Assembly: GCF_000315625.1 (NCBI RefSeq)
Contig: NW_005434617.1
Span: 89,734-153,733 of the forward strand
Reading direction: 5' to 3'
DNA length: 64,000 nt
From: Guillardia theta CCMP2712
Lineage: Eukaryota; Protista; Cryptophyta
Below, one piece after another: positions 24,554-37,768 of the stretch. The translations under genes were made by a program, and so were the position numbers. Numbering within the stretch: the first letter of the stretch is position 1; every line of letters starts with the position of its first letter. The notes under the pieces are model-generated. The model worked only from the letters and a program-made list of their open reading frames with translations, had not been told where the DNA came from and did not search any database.

Positions 24554-25906
24554 ATGCAACCATACTTGTTCCACCATGGCATATTTAGCTCTTCTCATTT
24601 TCTTTCCTCCCTGCTCAATCTCGCTCTGTGCATTCTCCTCCTCTCCCAGTCTCCCGCCATGGCGTTCGTGTCAAACCCTAACGCTCACCATGCACAGAGC
24701 TCTTTTCCACGAGACGCTGACCGCTGCTCTTCCTCCTCCTCTCCTTCTGCAGGACATCTCGGATTCTCCACCCTTGCCTTCCCCCGGCTGAACATGACGA
24801 AGATGAGCATTCCTGCCGTGATCTACAGCACCAAAGGAGAGCAGGGGATCCGAATGGTCACCAAGACGTTCAGCATGCGCGTCAGGCGGCAGCACCTCCT
24901 CTGCCGCGTCATCTGTGCTGGGATCAACCCCGTGGACGCGAAGTTCCTCGTCGGGGACAAGCTCCCTCACTGGGCAGGAGAGATAGGGAGGAGCGTGATA
25001 GAGGGGAGGACCGTTGGCTTCGACTTCTCCGGCATCGTCGTCGACACGCCGTCCGACTGCAGTCAGTTCAAGGTCGGCGATCGAGTCTTCGGGATCCTGC
25101 CAGCGGGCCAGGGCACTTTCACTCAGTACGTCCATGTCCCTATCGACCAGGTCGCTATCAAGCCCTCCTCCCTCTCCTTCGCCGAGGCCTCCTCCCTCCC
25201 CCTCGTCGGCCTGACGGCCTTGCAAGCGCTGAAGATCGATCATCATCTCGCCCCGTCGCAGCGGCTCCTGGTCATCGGAGGGAGCGGCGGGGTTGGGCAC
25301 GTTGCCATCCAGGTAGCCAAGGCGATAGGAGCCAAGGTGACGACGATCTGCAGTCCGAGCAACACAGACTTCGTGCGGAGTTTGGGAGCTGACAAGGTCA
25401 TTGACTACACCAAGGGGAACGAGCACGTGCTGGCAGAGCTGACGGAGGAGGCGAAGGCGAACGGGCCGTTCGACTTGTGCTTCGACACGGTGTCGAGCAA
25501 TGAAGCCAAGGACAGGGAGTTCCAATACAGGCGGATGATCACGTCGAAGAACCGCAGCCGTAGCCTGCTGGCGGGCAAGTACGTCACGATAGGAGGTAGC
25601 ACGTCGGAGTGGGCAAAGGCTCTGGTCAAGAGAGTGTGCGGTCTGAACCTGTTCGGCAAGGAGGAGCTCTTTTGGGTGTGGTTCCCCAACACCAGGAAAA
25701 CTTTGGAGGAGCTGGGGGCTCTCGCTGAATCACGTCAAGTTCGCCCAAAGCTTGCAGAGGTCATCCCTTTCGAAGAATCGGCGGTGCGAAACGCGTTTGC
25801 GAGGCTACACGGCAGGAGGGTGGTTGGAAAGTTTGCGATACAGGTATCTCCTGAAGACTGGAAGCTGGACGCTGAGACAAGCGGAGCTGGCCAGGGATCC
25901 CAGTAG
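24554..25906 (+). CDS. Zinc-independent MDR-family NADPH:quinone/alkenal oxidoreductase with bipartite targeting leader
   Basis: Single 450-aa ORF with GINPVDAK, GFDFSGIV, FKVGDRVFG, EASSLPLVGLTALQAL, LVIGGSGGVGHVAIQVAK, SLGADKVIDY and GRRVVGK motifs. Confidence 0.9.
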   Translation: MQPYLFHHGIFSSSHFLSSLLNLALCILLLSQSPAMAFVSNPNAHHAQSSFPRDADRCSSSSSPSAGHLGFSTLAFPRLNMTKMSIPAVIYSTKGEQGIRMVTKTFSMRVRRQHLLCRVICAGINPVDAKFLVGDKLPHWAGEIGRSVIEGRTVGFDFSGIVVDTPSDCSQFKVGDRVFGILPAGQGTFTQYVHVPIDQVAIKPSSLSFAEASSLPLVGLTALQALKIDHHLAPSQRLLVIGGSGGVGHVAIQVAKAIGAKVTTICSPSNTDFVRSLGADKVIDYTKGNEHVLAELTEEAKANGPFDLCFDTVSSNEAKDREFQYRRMITSKNRSRSLLAGKYVTIGGSTSEWAKALVKRVCGLNLFGKEELFWVWFPNTRKTLEELGALAESRQVRPKLAEVIPFEESAVRNAFARLHGRRVVGKFAIQVSPEDWKLDAETSGAGQGSQ

Positions 25907-27810
25907 GAGGAACTTCAAAGGCTGTTGCTGAGGCGGGGCTGCTCCAGGACTTCAGAGCTGTCGATCAAGTTCTGAACTCCGAAACTCCGAGCCCGTAAGC
26001 TCGACTGTTGCAGAGGAAGTGAAACGAAAGACTTGAGTGATATGATGTGGGTACGATTGTGATGGTCTCTTCTTCAAGTGTTCAGTGAATGACATCATGA
26101 TGTATGTGATGTGCCAACAGTGTGATGACATCGCCCTCAACCGTTGATGATCGTGACACGCCGCATTACCGCACGCCGGCGTGACTGAGTAACCGTCACT
26201 GAGTCACCCGAACCGTATCCGACCGTCCGACGGGCCGCAGCCAGTATGATGACGGTCTGATGGGCGGCACCCAGGAGACTCATACTACCCTCTCCTAGCC
26301 TCTTCACTGAGTCAAGGCTCCCGGTTCCGACAGCGCCGGGGCCCTTCACAGGCTGACTCGGCTGCCCGCGGCGGCCGCTCCAAGGCCCCGGGCCTGAGCC
26401 TAGCGGCTCTCCAAGCAGGAACGAGTCTGCAGACCGTGAAGTCGACTGATCGGATCGGACTGCTGTCACAGTGTGGTCGCTCACCCACACTGCGAGGGGC
26501 AGGCTGCAGTGCTCAGTGACAGTAAAACTTGAAAGCCTTGAAGGTTCCGAATGTGTTTGGCGGCCCTCCGAGCCGCGGCAGACCCAGAATATGCCTGCCA
26601 ATATAAATCATTGGTAGAAGACGTTGGTTGCATATGCTTTCTTCTTTGTAAAGCGAGGCGCGGCATTGCACGTTGCTGGGCCGATCGGACAACGCCGGCC
26701 CCGCCGGGCGAGGCCGCCCCGGCCGGGCTGCTACTAGGCTCGGCCGCTGTCACCGGGGGACGCCGGGTGGCCAGCCGCTCCTCCCGAGTCCCGGGCAGCG
26801 CCCCCGCGCACTGCGGCAGTGCCCCGGGGCGCCCCCCCAGGCAGGCAGGTCGGAGCCCCGCCCCCCTTTGGACTCCGGGCAGCCGGCGCCCGGCACTGTT
26901 ACTGAACTTCAAGCCTGGCTCAGCCTTTGCCGCCCCGGGGGCCCGGAACTTGGGCGCGGCGCGGCGCGGCGGCCGGGGCGGCGCCCCTCCCCCCGACTAC
27001 TTGAACAGTGAATTTCCCGAGGCTAGGCCGATCCTCGCCATCACTGACGAGTTGGGCCGGGCCCGGACCGTCCCGGAGTCCGTCACACTGTGACAGGCCC
27101 GCTGCCAGGCAGGCTGGCCGCCGCACGGTCACCGTCTGCCAGACATTACTCGGAGTGCCGTGCCTTCCGCCGGATCCTGTCCTGCGAGTTTTAAAAAAGG
27201 TATCCATTCCCGCAAGTTCCGTTTCAGTATTCAAAGGTTCGACCACCCCCGGGCATTGACCACCCCCGACTTTCTCTTTTCCAAAGTGGGGATAGAGGGG
27301 TAGGATCCGTAGTGGCACGGGCAAATGGCGGGGGCGAAACTTTAGCTGTGCATAGTAGCAAGAGGAGGAGGAGGAAACGGATGTTGAAGGGTGCTACAAG
27401 TGTTGATAATGTACTGTTGAAGAGATCTGGATAAGATTGTATGCATTGTGAGCGGTTCAGGGTATGAAGGAACCCAAGATACTGATGGCAATGAGTTTAG
27501 CGGCAGGGTTGGATCAACCATGCGGCAAGAAGGGGGGTGGTTGTTGTCATATTCGCTGCAACAGATGGTGATGTGCTGGAAGTTAGCAACACGGAGGTGT
27601 AGGTCATTCTGTGTAGCGCACCAAGTGTAGCGCACCAAGACGCAGACGTTGCTGTGCCGCATGTTTCAAGTTGGGGTGAGGATGACGACTGAGGAGGTTC
27701 ATACTTGGTATATGTCAAGCATTTCTGACTAGATTTGACTTGTTGTTAATAATTTCTCAACATGTCTCGCAGATTCTGAACGACCTTTCATCCTTGGCCC
27801 TCTGTGTAGG

Positions 27811-30800
27811 ATGCCCGCACCATTGAAGGCGCCTCGAGTCTTGGAGCATCAGGTTTGCATCGTGCTGTCTGGGCAGCAGCAGGGACTAACAGTGTTGTCT
27901 CACAGAAGAGGAAGGTGAATGCTGGGATCCTTCCTGATCAGGTGTTGGACTCTTTCCTTGGTCTTTCCCTGCGATCATCTGACACGATCGTTTCTAGCAG
28001 CAAGTCCCCAGTGTAGGCGACAAGGAGCAGCAGGTGCTGCTGAATCAATCTTGGGACAGATACGGCATCGGGATTCAGTTTGAGTACGACTTGCAAGATG
28101 GTGTTGTCCTGGTGCGATCGATCTCTCGAGGTTGTCGACTCTCTTCCTCCTCGTTCCGCCCGTTGGCTCATCCCTCCCCGCAGGCGCTGCTGTTCCCTTC
28201 CGCATCGGAGACAAGCTCCTGCGGCTGGACGGCAACTCCATCCTCCAGAACCCAGCGCTAGCACCATCTCTCATCTTCGGGGCGAAGAACTCGAACCTTC
28301 ACGTATGCATGCTACAGGATGGAGTGGAGGTGGAGGCCTGGTGCAAGCGGGGCTTCTTCGTGGAGGACGAGAACATGTTGTCGATACTCGGAGGAACGAA
28401 AGCTTGCGGCATTGGGGTCGTCTTGGACAAGGATCCTGTCACCTCGTTGTTTGTTGTCAAGAAGGTCTTCCACAACAGCCCTGCGTACCTTGCAGGCCTC
28501 AGGTCTACCTGCATCTGTTGCGTCCCTTGCTGATCACGAAGTTCAGGAGCGGCCATCTCATCTACTCCATCGACGGCAAGACCGTCCACGCGCTGTCAAA
28601 GGATCAGCTCCCTGGGCTGCTGCTGGGCAAGCAAGGAACGAGCATCAGCCTCACCTTCCTCACCAAAGGTCACCGTCGGACCTGCATGAGCCGCAGCTGA
28701 TGCTGGCTTCCTCAGATGCGAAGGATGTCAAGCATGTCGACGTCGTCCGCACGGTTGACACTGCGCGAGCTCAGATGTCAAATGTCTCTGCTCGAGTTTG
28801 TTGCAACTTGTTGGGACCCTCAAGCAGGTCGATCTCTCTGCAGGTGCTACACTTAGTGGTCTCCGAGCTTGATCCTGATCTCTCTGCCGCAGGAACTCAA
28901 GAAGGACATTGTCTTTGCGCTCTGGACCTCTCCGAATCGAGTGGTAGTGACTGAGGAGGCTTGCGATGCGTATGCCATCAACGTTCACATCCTCCCCGAC
29001 ATCGAGGGAGAGGACTCTCGGAGTGTACAAGAAGTCGTCAGTGAGCTTGAGAAGCAGCTCGAAAACTCCTGCAGTTGTCTCAGGAAAACAAGTTTCGGAG
29101 GACACCTGCGATCGGTGAGTTCCGCTCCTTGCCTTGAACGAGGTTGTGATGGAAGCACCTCCCAGCAGAGTTCCAGCCGCCGGGAGTCATCTGAGAGCGA
29201 CTCGACCTCAGTCTCTCGCTGGTCCTCCGCCAGCACGCTGGACAGGACGGTGACGCTGTCGTCGCCGCTCTCGATGGAGGAGCAACCCACTTCCAAAAGC
29301 CCTACCTACGTCGACCTCGACTTCTTCGGGGCTCCTGGAGCCATGCCTTCCATCACCCTCAAGGGCCACGAGCCAAACGCCTCCGTCCATGGCATCCCTG
29401 CGCGCGTGGTGAGCATGAGCGATCCGACGGCTCCTCATCTGGACGTGGAGATTCCCCTCAGTAGCTGCAGCGTAGCCGACGTGAAACGTGATGTCAGTCT
29501 CGCTCGTTACGTGGTTGACAGTCTGCAGGTTTGATCCTACGTCGGCTGGAATCGGAATCGTCAGACATGGAGCTGTGGCATGAGGGAAGGCACCTGCCGC
29601 CCAGTACGGACGTGCGTGAGCTCTGGATGAAACAGCAGCAAGCAGGGAGCCTGAGGCTGGCGTATTCCCTGACACGGTCACCGGTGTTCAAGCCCATCAG
29701 AATATCTCATGGCCAGGGGATGCGGAGTGTCGAGGGCTTGCGAGAGAGCGGCCTAGCGACTCGAGGGAGCGACAAAGACTCTTTCAGCCCAGCAGGTTGC
29801 CCTCCTTGCGTTGATGTTTGCGGCGACTCACATTCGCTTGCACAGAGCTTGTCCGCTGCGGCATTGTGGGAGTTTGGCAAGTTTAATCAGCATAGTGTAT
29901 TCTATGAGCAGAAGGGCAGACAAGGGCCTCTCAAGGCTTGTCTGCGAAGTGTCGATCCGACGAGGAATCTTCCTGGTCCTGTACAGTGCTATTCTTACTG
30001 ACATTGAAGTCTTATCTCCCCCCCTACCTGCGTCGGCGAGATAGTGTTCCACACACACTTGACAAGAGGAGACGTCCTCGTCGTCCTTAGAGTTGGTCCA
30101 GACCGCATTCTGTGGACCCCTCAGTCATGCAGGCGTCCAGGAGTGACATGAGACCTTGGAAGACTGAACCGACGGGTCCCACGCCCTGCCCCCTATCTCG
30201 TGCGTCCCCGAGAGATGCTCCGAGTTGAGCTGCCGCACTAGAGCACAGAACGAGGAAGGGCTGCATTTCTCAGCTGCTCAAACACCTCTCAGTCACAGCA
30301 AGGAGCGGGTGGAGAGCTCGGCACCGGGTTGAGATTCTACGGGCTCCTTGTTGAATTCAAGGGAAGTATTGCCGCGCATCGACGACCTGGAGGACTTCAT
30401 CAGACCCCGAGCAGGAACCGGCCAGGCACGTACGAGACAGAGTAGTCGAGGACTCCTTGCTCATGCTGTCGTTTCAGCGCGTCCTGGTTGAAAGCTGGAC
30501 GAGCCCAAACAGACTTTGGCTCCTGGAAGAAAAACTCGTCAAACGCACATTTGAACCTTCCAGCTTCCTCCTACGTCACCTCCTCCTTCACGACCCCCAC
30601 GTGTACAGTCCCTTCCTTGACGTGAACAGCCGGTTCGAGCACATCCTTCTCCGCATGTTCGACTTGCTCTGCCTGATTGGTGGAGATTGTAGCCCCCCTT
30701 CTCCTATCCGCAGCGTTCAAGGTGATACGCGGACGAAGGGATTTCGTTCTCCCCCATCCGTCATCTACACACCTCGTGACTCCTCCCCCTTTGCCAGACC

Positions 30801-31210
30801 TCTCTCGTACCTTGCTCCTCCCGCCACGTCCGCCATGTCACTTTCGCCTTGTGCTGCTGGACGAGGCGGCGAACGTGCGGCCCGATTGTGAAATGGGCTC
30901 GTCGGCCCAGCCCCCCAAAGCCGCTCAATGGCATCTCCTCGCCGTCACCATCGTAGACCTGGAGGTAGGACGGAGGCGTCAGAGGTCTAAAACTCGACCA
31001 AGAGGGTCAACAAGGCACCTTGTCGCCTCCTTCCAGGGAAAAGAATCGGCCAGGCTGCCCCCTGTTGACCCGCCTGGAGCTATGGACATAGACGATCTTC
31101 GGGGACTGACGGAGTGCCCTTCCTTGCAGCAAGGCCGCTCCCTTGGCTCCACCCAGAACAGATGCCGAACGGCGAGACAGGAGGTAACAGCAAGTACAGA
31201 CGAGGAGTGA
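27811..31210 (+). CDS. Multi-exon protein with two PDZ domains (boundaries approximate)
   Basis: First PDZ: YGIGIQF...VLVRSI...RIGDKLLRLDG. Second PDZ: CGIGVVL...VVKKVFHNSPAYLAGL/RSGHLIYSIDGKTV...LLLGKQGTSISLTF. Further coding exons run to the TGA at 31210. Confidence 0.6.
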
Positions 31211-32716
31211 GAAAGCCACGAAGCCTACTTTCGTAGTCCTTTCAACCCTGACCATGGACGATGCTATGACTTGTCGGAGTGTTGAAACATCTACGGAGGA
31301 GAAATTCAATCAGCATGAGAAAAGTCTTCACGGCATGAACATCTTGTCTCTGCTTTGTGATAGCTTCCCTACTTTCCCTCCTCCTCCTCGCTCTTAGTTT
31401 CCTCGCCTAGCTCTTTCTACTCCACTGATCTACATTCCCCTAGCTGCACCAACTTTACCACCTGTTCCTCATCACTGTCCATGTTTTCGTCCTCCTCGTT
31501 CCACCCCTTGAACGCTCGCTCGCACTCCACCATTTTCTGTTGGCCCTTGGACAAGGCCCCTCATCCCCTCACTGTTGTTGAAATGCCCTCATCCCCCCTC
31601 ATCTCCTTCAATCATTCCTTAACAATAGGGTGGGTGGGTTAAAATTGGGTGGGTACTAAAGACTGGGGGTGGGAGAAGGACAGCTCTGCAATGGTTTTAC
31701 CTTGTACAGTAGAAGGAAATTGATGGACAATGTGAAGAAAGTTCAAAATATGGGGTACTATAGCGCTCGATGTGGGTGGGGGTAATGTACGGTGGGGTAG
31801 CCTTGAGATGCTGCGATGGTAAGGGTACACGGGTCGTACCAGGACCCACCCTACCTTGCTGACTGCTTACACAACATTGCTGTGTCAATGGGGTACCCAG
31901 AGATAGATGTACCCCTGATATCCCTAGAACACCGGTATAAATACAGATAAAATCACCGGTATACAAAGGTTTTTTAGTACCCCCTACCCACCAATGAAAA
32001 CCACTCCTCGAAATACCGGTTGGTTCTACAAGAACACCCTCCCTACAACATCCCAACCACCCCCTCCCTCCCCACCCCCACCCTCAATGCTATACACACA
32101 CCACCACTTTTCAACCCCTACCCCCCAATACATCAACAAATCCATAGGTGATACTGTAGACCGGTCCCTGTCCTTGCTGCCCCTACCCCCTCCGTACCCC
32201 CCGACCTCCCTACGACTCTCTCCGCGTCAATATGCAGAGATAGACGTTGCAGTAGCGATGGTTACGGCTCGAACATGACCGCAATGAGCATATCATCCTC
32301 TTCCTCCTCTTCCTCTTCCTCTTCCATGTCCTCATCCGTGTCCTCGACATGTTTCATGCGCTTCTCCCGCTTCTACTTTCCCACTCCCTTAACCTGCGCC
32401 ATCCTGCACCTGGTGCCTGTCTAATTTCCTTCACGTGGAATTTCGAGTTCATCGTCACCTATCTCCCCTGCTGAGTCTGTTGTTTTTCGTGTTTCATCAT
32501 CGTGCCTTCATCGTTGTCGCTGCGATCTGTGTTGGACGTGCATCCGTTTGTTCAACCATTACTCCCTTGCCGTAGTCCTCCTTGCTCAATGCATTTTTTA
32601 GTTTCCTAAAAGCAAAGTCCACTCACAAAACCTTGTATGACTGCATTTCTTGTAACTCTGTATGATCTCCAGTGAAACTTCGAAAGAAGCGCTTGCTTCT
32701 TGCCACGAGGAGAAAA

Positions 32717-35700
32717 ATGGGCTCGTATCAGAAGCTGTTAGGATTATCCAGACTCAGCTCTATCCCCAATGTCGCCAACCCCTTCTACACCTTGCAGAAA
32801 TCTTTGCAGCAAAATCGACGGAATCGCATACTTGCAGGAAGCATAAGACAGTCATCAAGTTATGTCGAAGAGATGCGACGAGCGTGGGAGAGGGATCCCA
32901 GTTCCGTGCACGACTCATGGGTGTCCTACTTTGAAAAGTATAGCTCGATACCGACCACGCACGCTCCAAGCCTTTCAAGTCTGCCGAACTCTGACGAATT
33001 ACAGAAGATTGCATCGGACCATATCAAGATGTTGTTGTTCATCAGATCCTACCAAGTGCGGGGTCACTACATGTGCAAGTTTGACCCCCTAGGAATCAAC
33101 GATGCGAATCTGCATGTGGATAAGTTTAGTTATCGTGGAAGCCAGGAGCAGGCTGACAGTGTCCCCAAGTTTTTGGATTATCGAACATACGGCTTCACAG
33201 AAGCGGATCTTGAAAGGGAGTTTTACTTGAATGCAAGCGTCAGTGGCAGGGGGGGTCTGATAGGCAGTAAAGAGAAGAAGAAATTGAAAGAGATTATCCA
33301 GATCATGAAAGAAGCTTATTGTGGCACGGTGGGTGTGGAATTCACGCATATTGCAGACCTTGAACAGCAAAACTGGATTCGATCAAAGTTTGAGAAACCC
33401 AAGAAATTTGAATTCGATGAACAAGCCACACTCCGAGTACTTGATCGCTTGATTTATTCTGTTCAGTTCGAGAGTTTCTTGGCTACTAAGTACAATACCA
33501 CGAAGCGTTTTGGCTTGGAGGGTGTCGATTCGTTGATTCCAGGTATGAAGGCGATGATCGATACGGCGGTGGAACTCGGCGTTGAGTCAATCGATATCGG
33601 GATGCCGCATAGAGGTCGCCTGAATGTCTTGGCGAATGTTATGCGTAAGGTACGAAACCGGTTGATTTCTTGCGTTTATCTTTGACTTGTTTGACTTTTG
33701 CAGCCCTTGGAGGAAATGCTGTACGAATTCATGGAGGGAACGATCACTGCAGATGCTGAAGGCCATTTGCTTGGCTCCGGGGATGTGAAATATCACCTTG
33801 GGTTTACCATGGATCGCCCAACACATAGCAATAGGAATGTTCACATTTCCTTGTGCGCAAATCCCTCGCACTTGGAGGCAGTCAACCCCATCGTGGAAGG
33901 AAAGACAAGAGCGAAGCAACATTACTCAGGAGACACGGAAAGGAAGCGATGCATGAGCGTGGTGCTCCATGGAGATGCAGCCTTTGCAGGTCAGGGGGTC
34001 GTCTACGAGACATTGGAGCTCTCTGACATCAAAGGATATACCACTGGTGGCACCATCCACATCATCGCAAACAATCAGATTGGTTTCACGACGGATCCTC
34101 GATTTTCAAGGTCATCACCTTACTGCACAGATGTCGCTAAGTCGGTGGGTGCGCCCATTTTCCATGTCAATGGTGATGACCCAGAGGCTGTTTGCTGGGT
34201 CATGTCCTTGGCTGCGGAATTTCGACAGACATTCCGCAAGGATGTGGTGGTGGACATCGTCGGTTACAGGAGGCATGGCCATAACGAGATCGATGAGCCC
34301 ATGTTTACTCAACCTCTGATGTATAAAATCATTAAGAAGCATCCTGACGTTCTCAAGATCTACTCCGACAAGCTGGTTGCTGAAGGACGTGTCACTCGGG
34401 AGAAGGTTGAAGAGATGAAGGCAGCTGCTAACACAGTCTTCAACGAAGCCTTCGAGAAGGCCAAGGACCCGAACTATCGCCCCCCGCCTTCTGCTTGGTT
34501 CGGTACTCAGTGGAAGGGCTACAAAACCAAGTTTCAGTTGGGAAAGAATGACGAGACTGCTGTCCCTAAGGACACCTTGCAGTCCATTGGGGAGAAGATA
34601 TCTGCTGTGCCCCAAGGCTTCAACATTCATCGCAAGTTGGAGAAGATGATGCGCGACAAGCGAAAGGCTGTTTGCGATCAGGAGAAGGGGATCGACTGGG
34701 GAACTGCTGAGGCCCTTGCATTCGGAAGCTTGTTGTTGGAAGGCACCCATGTTCGACTGTCAGGGCAGGATGTAGAAAGAGGGACGTTCAGCCACAGGCA
34801 TGCAGTGCTCCACGATCAGAAGAACGAGACCAAGTACATTCCGCTCAACAACTTGTCTCCCAACCAAGCTATGTTTGCCGTTTTCAATTCTAACCTCTCT
34901 GAGTATGCTGTCCTTGGATTTGAACTGGGATATGCCATGGAGAATCCCAACTCACTCGTGTGCTGGGAGGCTCAATTTGGAGATTTTGCCAATACAGCAC
35001 AGGTGATTATCGACCAGTTTATCAGCAGCGGAGAGCAGAAGTGGCTGAAAGGCTCCGGACTCGTCATGCTCCTGCCCCATGGATTCGAAGGTCAAGGACC
35101 TGAACATTCCTCAGCAAGGCTGGAGAGATACCTTCAGATGTGTGACGATGACCCTGATTACATTCCTGAGATGGAGGACACAGGGGTGCGACAGATCCAA
35201 GATGTCAACATGCAGGTCGTCAATCCGTCCACCCCCGCCAACTACTTCCACCTGCTGAGAAGACAGATCCGCAGAGATTTCCGCAAGCCTCTGATCTGCA
35301 TCAGCCCCAAGTCTCTCCTTCGTCATCCTCAATGCCAGTCCGATCTCTTGGATTTCTACGACAACAAGGGATTCCAGAGGGTTTTGCCGGACAGCCTTGA
35401 GGACATCGTTCCCGACAAAGAAGTTCAACGACTTATTCTCTGTTCTGGAAGAGTGTATTACGACTTGGCTGCGGAGAGAGACAAGCGCAATGTAAAGGAT
35501 GTGGCTATCGTGAGGATCGAGCAGATTTGCCCCTTCCCCTACGACCGTGTCGGGCAAATGTCTATCCGATACCCCAATGCAGAGATCTTCTGGGTGCAGG
35601 AGGAGCCGTTCAACCAGGGAGCTTGGGGTTACGTGCAGGTGATCGCCGAGTCTGTTGCTGCCTCCACCCTTCTGACGTTCTGTACAGCCTCGCATCGCCA

Positions 35701-35946
35701 CAGCCCTTCGTGATCTTAACGGTAAAGAAGCCTTCTACGTCGGTAGAAATGCGGCAGCTTCTCCTGCCACTGGAAGTCCAGCCATCCATCAAGCCGAGCT
35801 GGTGAGCTGAGGATTGTGCGTGCGACCTGTTCGACGGATTGACTTGGGTGCAGGATCGTATCCTAGAGGATGCGTTTGCCCCTAACTACAAGCACGAGCA
35901 ATGGCAGTGGAGGCTGTCGGACTTGCTCAGTAAGACCAAGAAGTGA
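32717..35946 (+). CDS. OGDH: 2-oxoglutarate dehydrogenase E1 component, mitochondrial
   Basis: Motifs YVEEM..AW..DPSSVHDSW, RSYQVRGH, KRFGLEG, GMPHRGRLNVL, SGDVKYHLG, NPSHLEAVNP, HGDAAFAGQG, RLSGQDVERGTFSHRH, WEAQFGDF, GPEHSSARLER and WVQEEP. GT-AG introns at ~33650-33703, ~35639-35688 and ~35802-35853. Confidence 0.96.
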
Positions 35947-36896
35947 GCTCAGTTCGGGTTGACCACGACGTGTATTAAATGTTTCACTCATGCCCTGGAC
36001 GTAGCTCAGACTACAGGCCACAGCCCTGCTGCCTTGTCGTGTGTACTCCCGACCTGGACAAGACGCGTCAGGGATCACTTGACAAAGATGGACTTTAATC
36101 TGCGGGTCGTTGAACAGGTCTTGCCCATTGTCTGAGCAGACCATGCCTGATAACCCTAGAAACTCTCTTGCACCTTGCTAGACCGGCGCACTCATCCAAA
36201 CTCAGTGCGCCGGTGAGTAGAGTGCGGGAAGGATGGACAAGAAGCAAACTTACCATCGCCTTCCTTCAACCATCTTGATGTCGACCAGCACCACTGTTGG
36301 GCCATGACAAGCTGCGCACCTGCACGTTCTCAGGTCAGAAACACGAAGGATGCAGATCAGGAGTAGGCACGCAGAACAAGGCAGACAAGGAACTGAAGAG
36401 AGAAGAGAAGTGACAGACGAGGAGAACTGTGGGCTCTTTAATAGTATGGGCTCTCATTCGTCTGAGAGGACCAAGTGGAGAAGAGCCCGCGGGTTGTCTG
36501 GCCCGCTGCTGGTTTACCAACAAGAGAATATAGGCAGCAGAAGTAAGATATGCACTCATGGAAGGAGTGACATCAGGCAAGCTGCCATAGCAACACACAA
36601 ACAAGTTCAGGACTGGATCTTGCGAGCTGAAATTCTGATTCAAGCACATGCTGCTTGAACCAGACTCAACAGCCGCGGACTTTCGCAACATCGAGTAAGG
36701 AAAGAGGAAAACTAGGTGTCCCACTTCCTGTCGCAATAGAGTTGCAACACACAGGCAGACGTGATCGCAACAAGAATAGAATATTACCTTGACACAGCAG
36801 TGGTTCTCAACTTTGATCGTACGCAATGAAGTACTCAGTGACAGGAGTAGGCCAGCATAACATTATCGCTCGGGATGTCTCATCCAGCATGCTCCA

Positions 36897-37488
36897 TCAT
36901 CTCTCGGTGTCTTTGCTCTTGGAGAGCACAGTGACCTGGTCACCTGCGGTGCACATCTGAACGCTGAAATACACGCTCCCGCTCCTCTGGAGCTTCCCGG
37001 GGATGTCGAGGCCGTTTTTCGAGAAGTGAAGGAGCTTCCCTCTCAAATGCACCCCCACCACATCGCCTTCCCCGTAGCCCGACGTCACAGCTGACGTATG
37101 GGTGCTCCTCTCCCTCTGATCTCCAGTGAACACCCCGTTCCCAATGTACCAGACCGAGCCTACGTTGCTGCGATCGAACCAGTTCATTCCCGTTGTCGCT
37201 GTCTGGTTGATCATCTGCATGACCCCGAGGCGAATCGAAGTGACGCCCATCTTGTCGATCCGGACCTTCCAGTCCCCATCGCTGGTCTCGTGGATCGGAT
37301 CCCCGTACCTACAGCTCTGTGAGCAGGTCGATGGTGGAGAGGACAGGGCGAGGAGGACAGAGAAGGTCTCAAGAGCGCATAGGAAGTGTTGTTAGCACCT
37401 TGCTGTGTGCCATGCCTCGCTGTCGCGGCTCTTCACCGCGATCGCGGTGGTCCCCTTCGCCGCGATCCCCACCATCTCCCCCCACATA
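36897..37488 (-). CDS. Small SPRY/B30.2-like domain protein (start approximate)
   Basis: WKVRIDK..SIRLGV, YGEGDVVGVHL, LHFSKNG and VYFSVQM...GDQVTV form a beta-sandwich SPRY pattern. Confidence 0.6.
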
Positions 37489-37686
37489 GCCGCACGTGTT
37501 GGAGCCTCTCGATACGACCCCCGGCCTCGAAGGACCACGATAACCCCCTTCCCTGTATCGCTCTGACACCCCTCTTTATGACTATCCAAATACCCCTACT
37601 TTACCTCCCTGGACTACCCCGTACCCCCTCTTTTGTCTGATGTCGAGGACTGCAATAGCACCCCTGCAGAGCCCAACATGTATTAT

Positions 37687-37768
37687 TCTCATCCCCCTCA
37701 TATACTACTCATCCCCCTCATACACACAATCTCATCCCCCTCATATACAATCTCATCCCCCTCATACA
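37687..37768 (+). repeat. Four-copy ~21-bp minisatellite (CTCATCCCCCTCATA core)
   Basis: The core is repeated four times with 5-8 nt linkers. Confidence 0.85.

Noticed and set aside
26137-27324. Arg/Pro/Gly-rich ORFs in the GC islands (also 44280-45804 and 63534-63882)
   Set aside because: They are artefacts of stop-codon scarcity in GC-rich DNA and show no domain signal.
35863-36830. Possible small minus-strand gene between OGDH and the SPRY gene
   Set aside because: There are some splice-like sites, but no recognisable product or consistent model.
37687-37768. Possible CRISPR-like array (also the ~39-bp repeats at 51260-51380)
   Set aside because: These are tandem low-complexity repeats without unique spacers. 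There are no cas genes and the context is eukaryotic.
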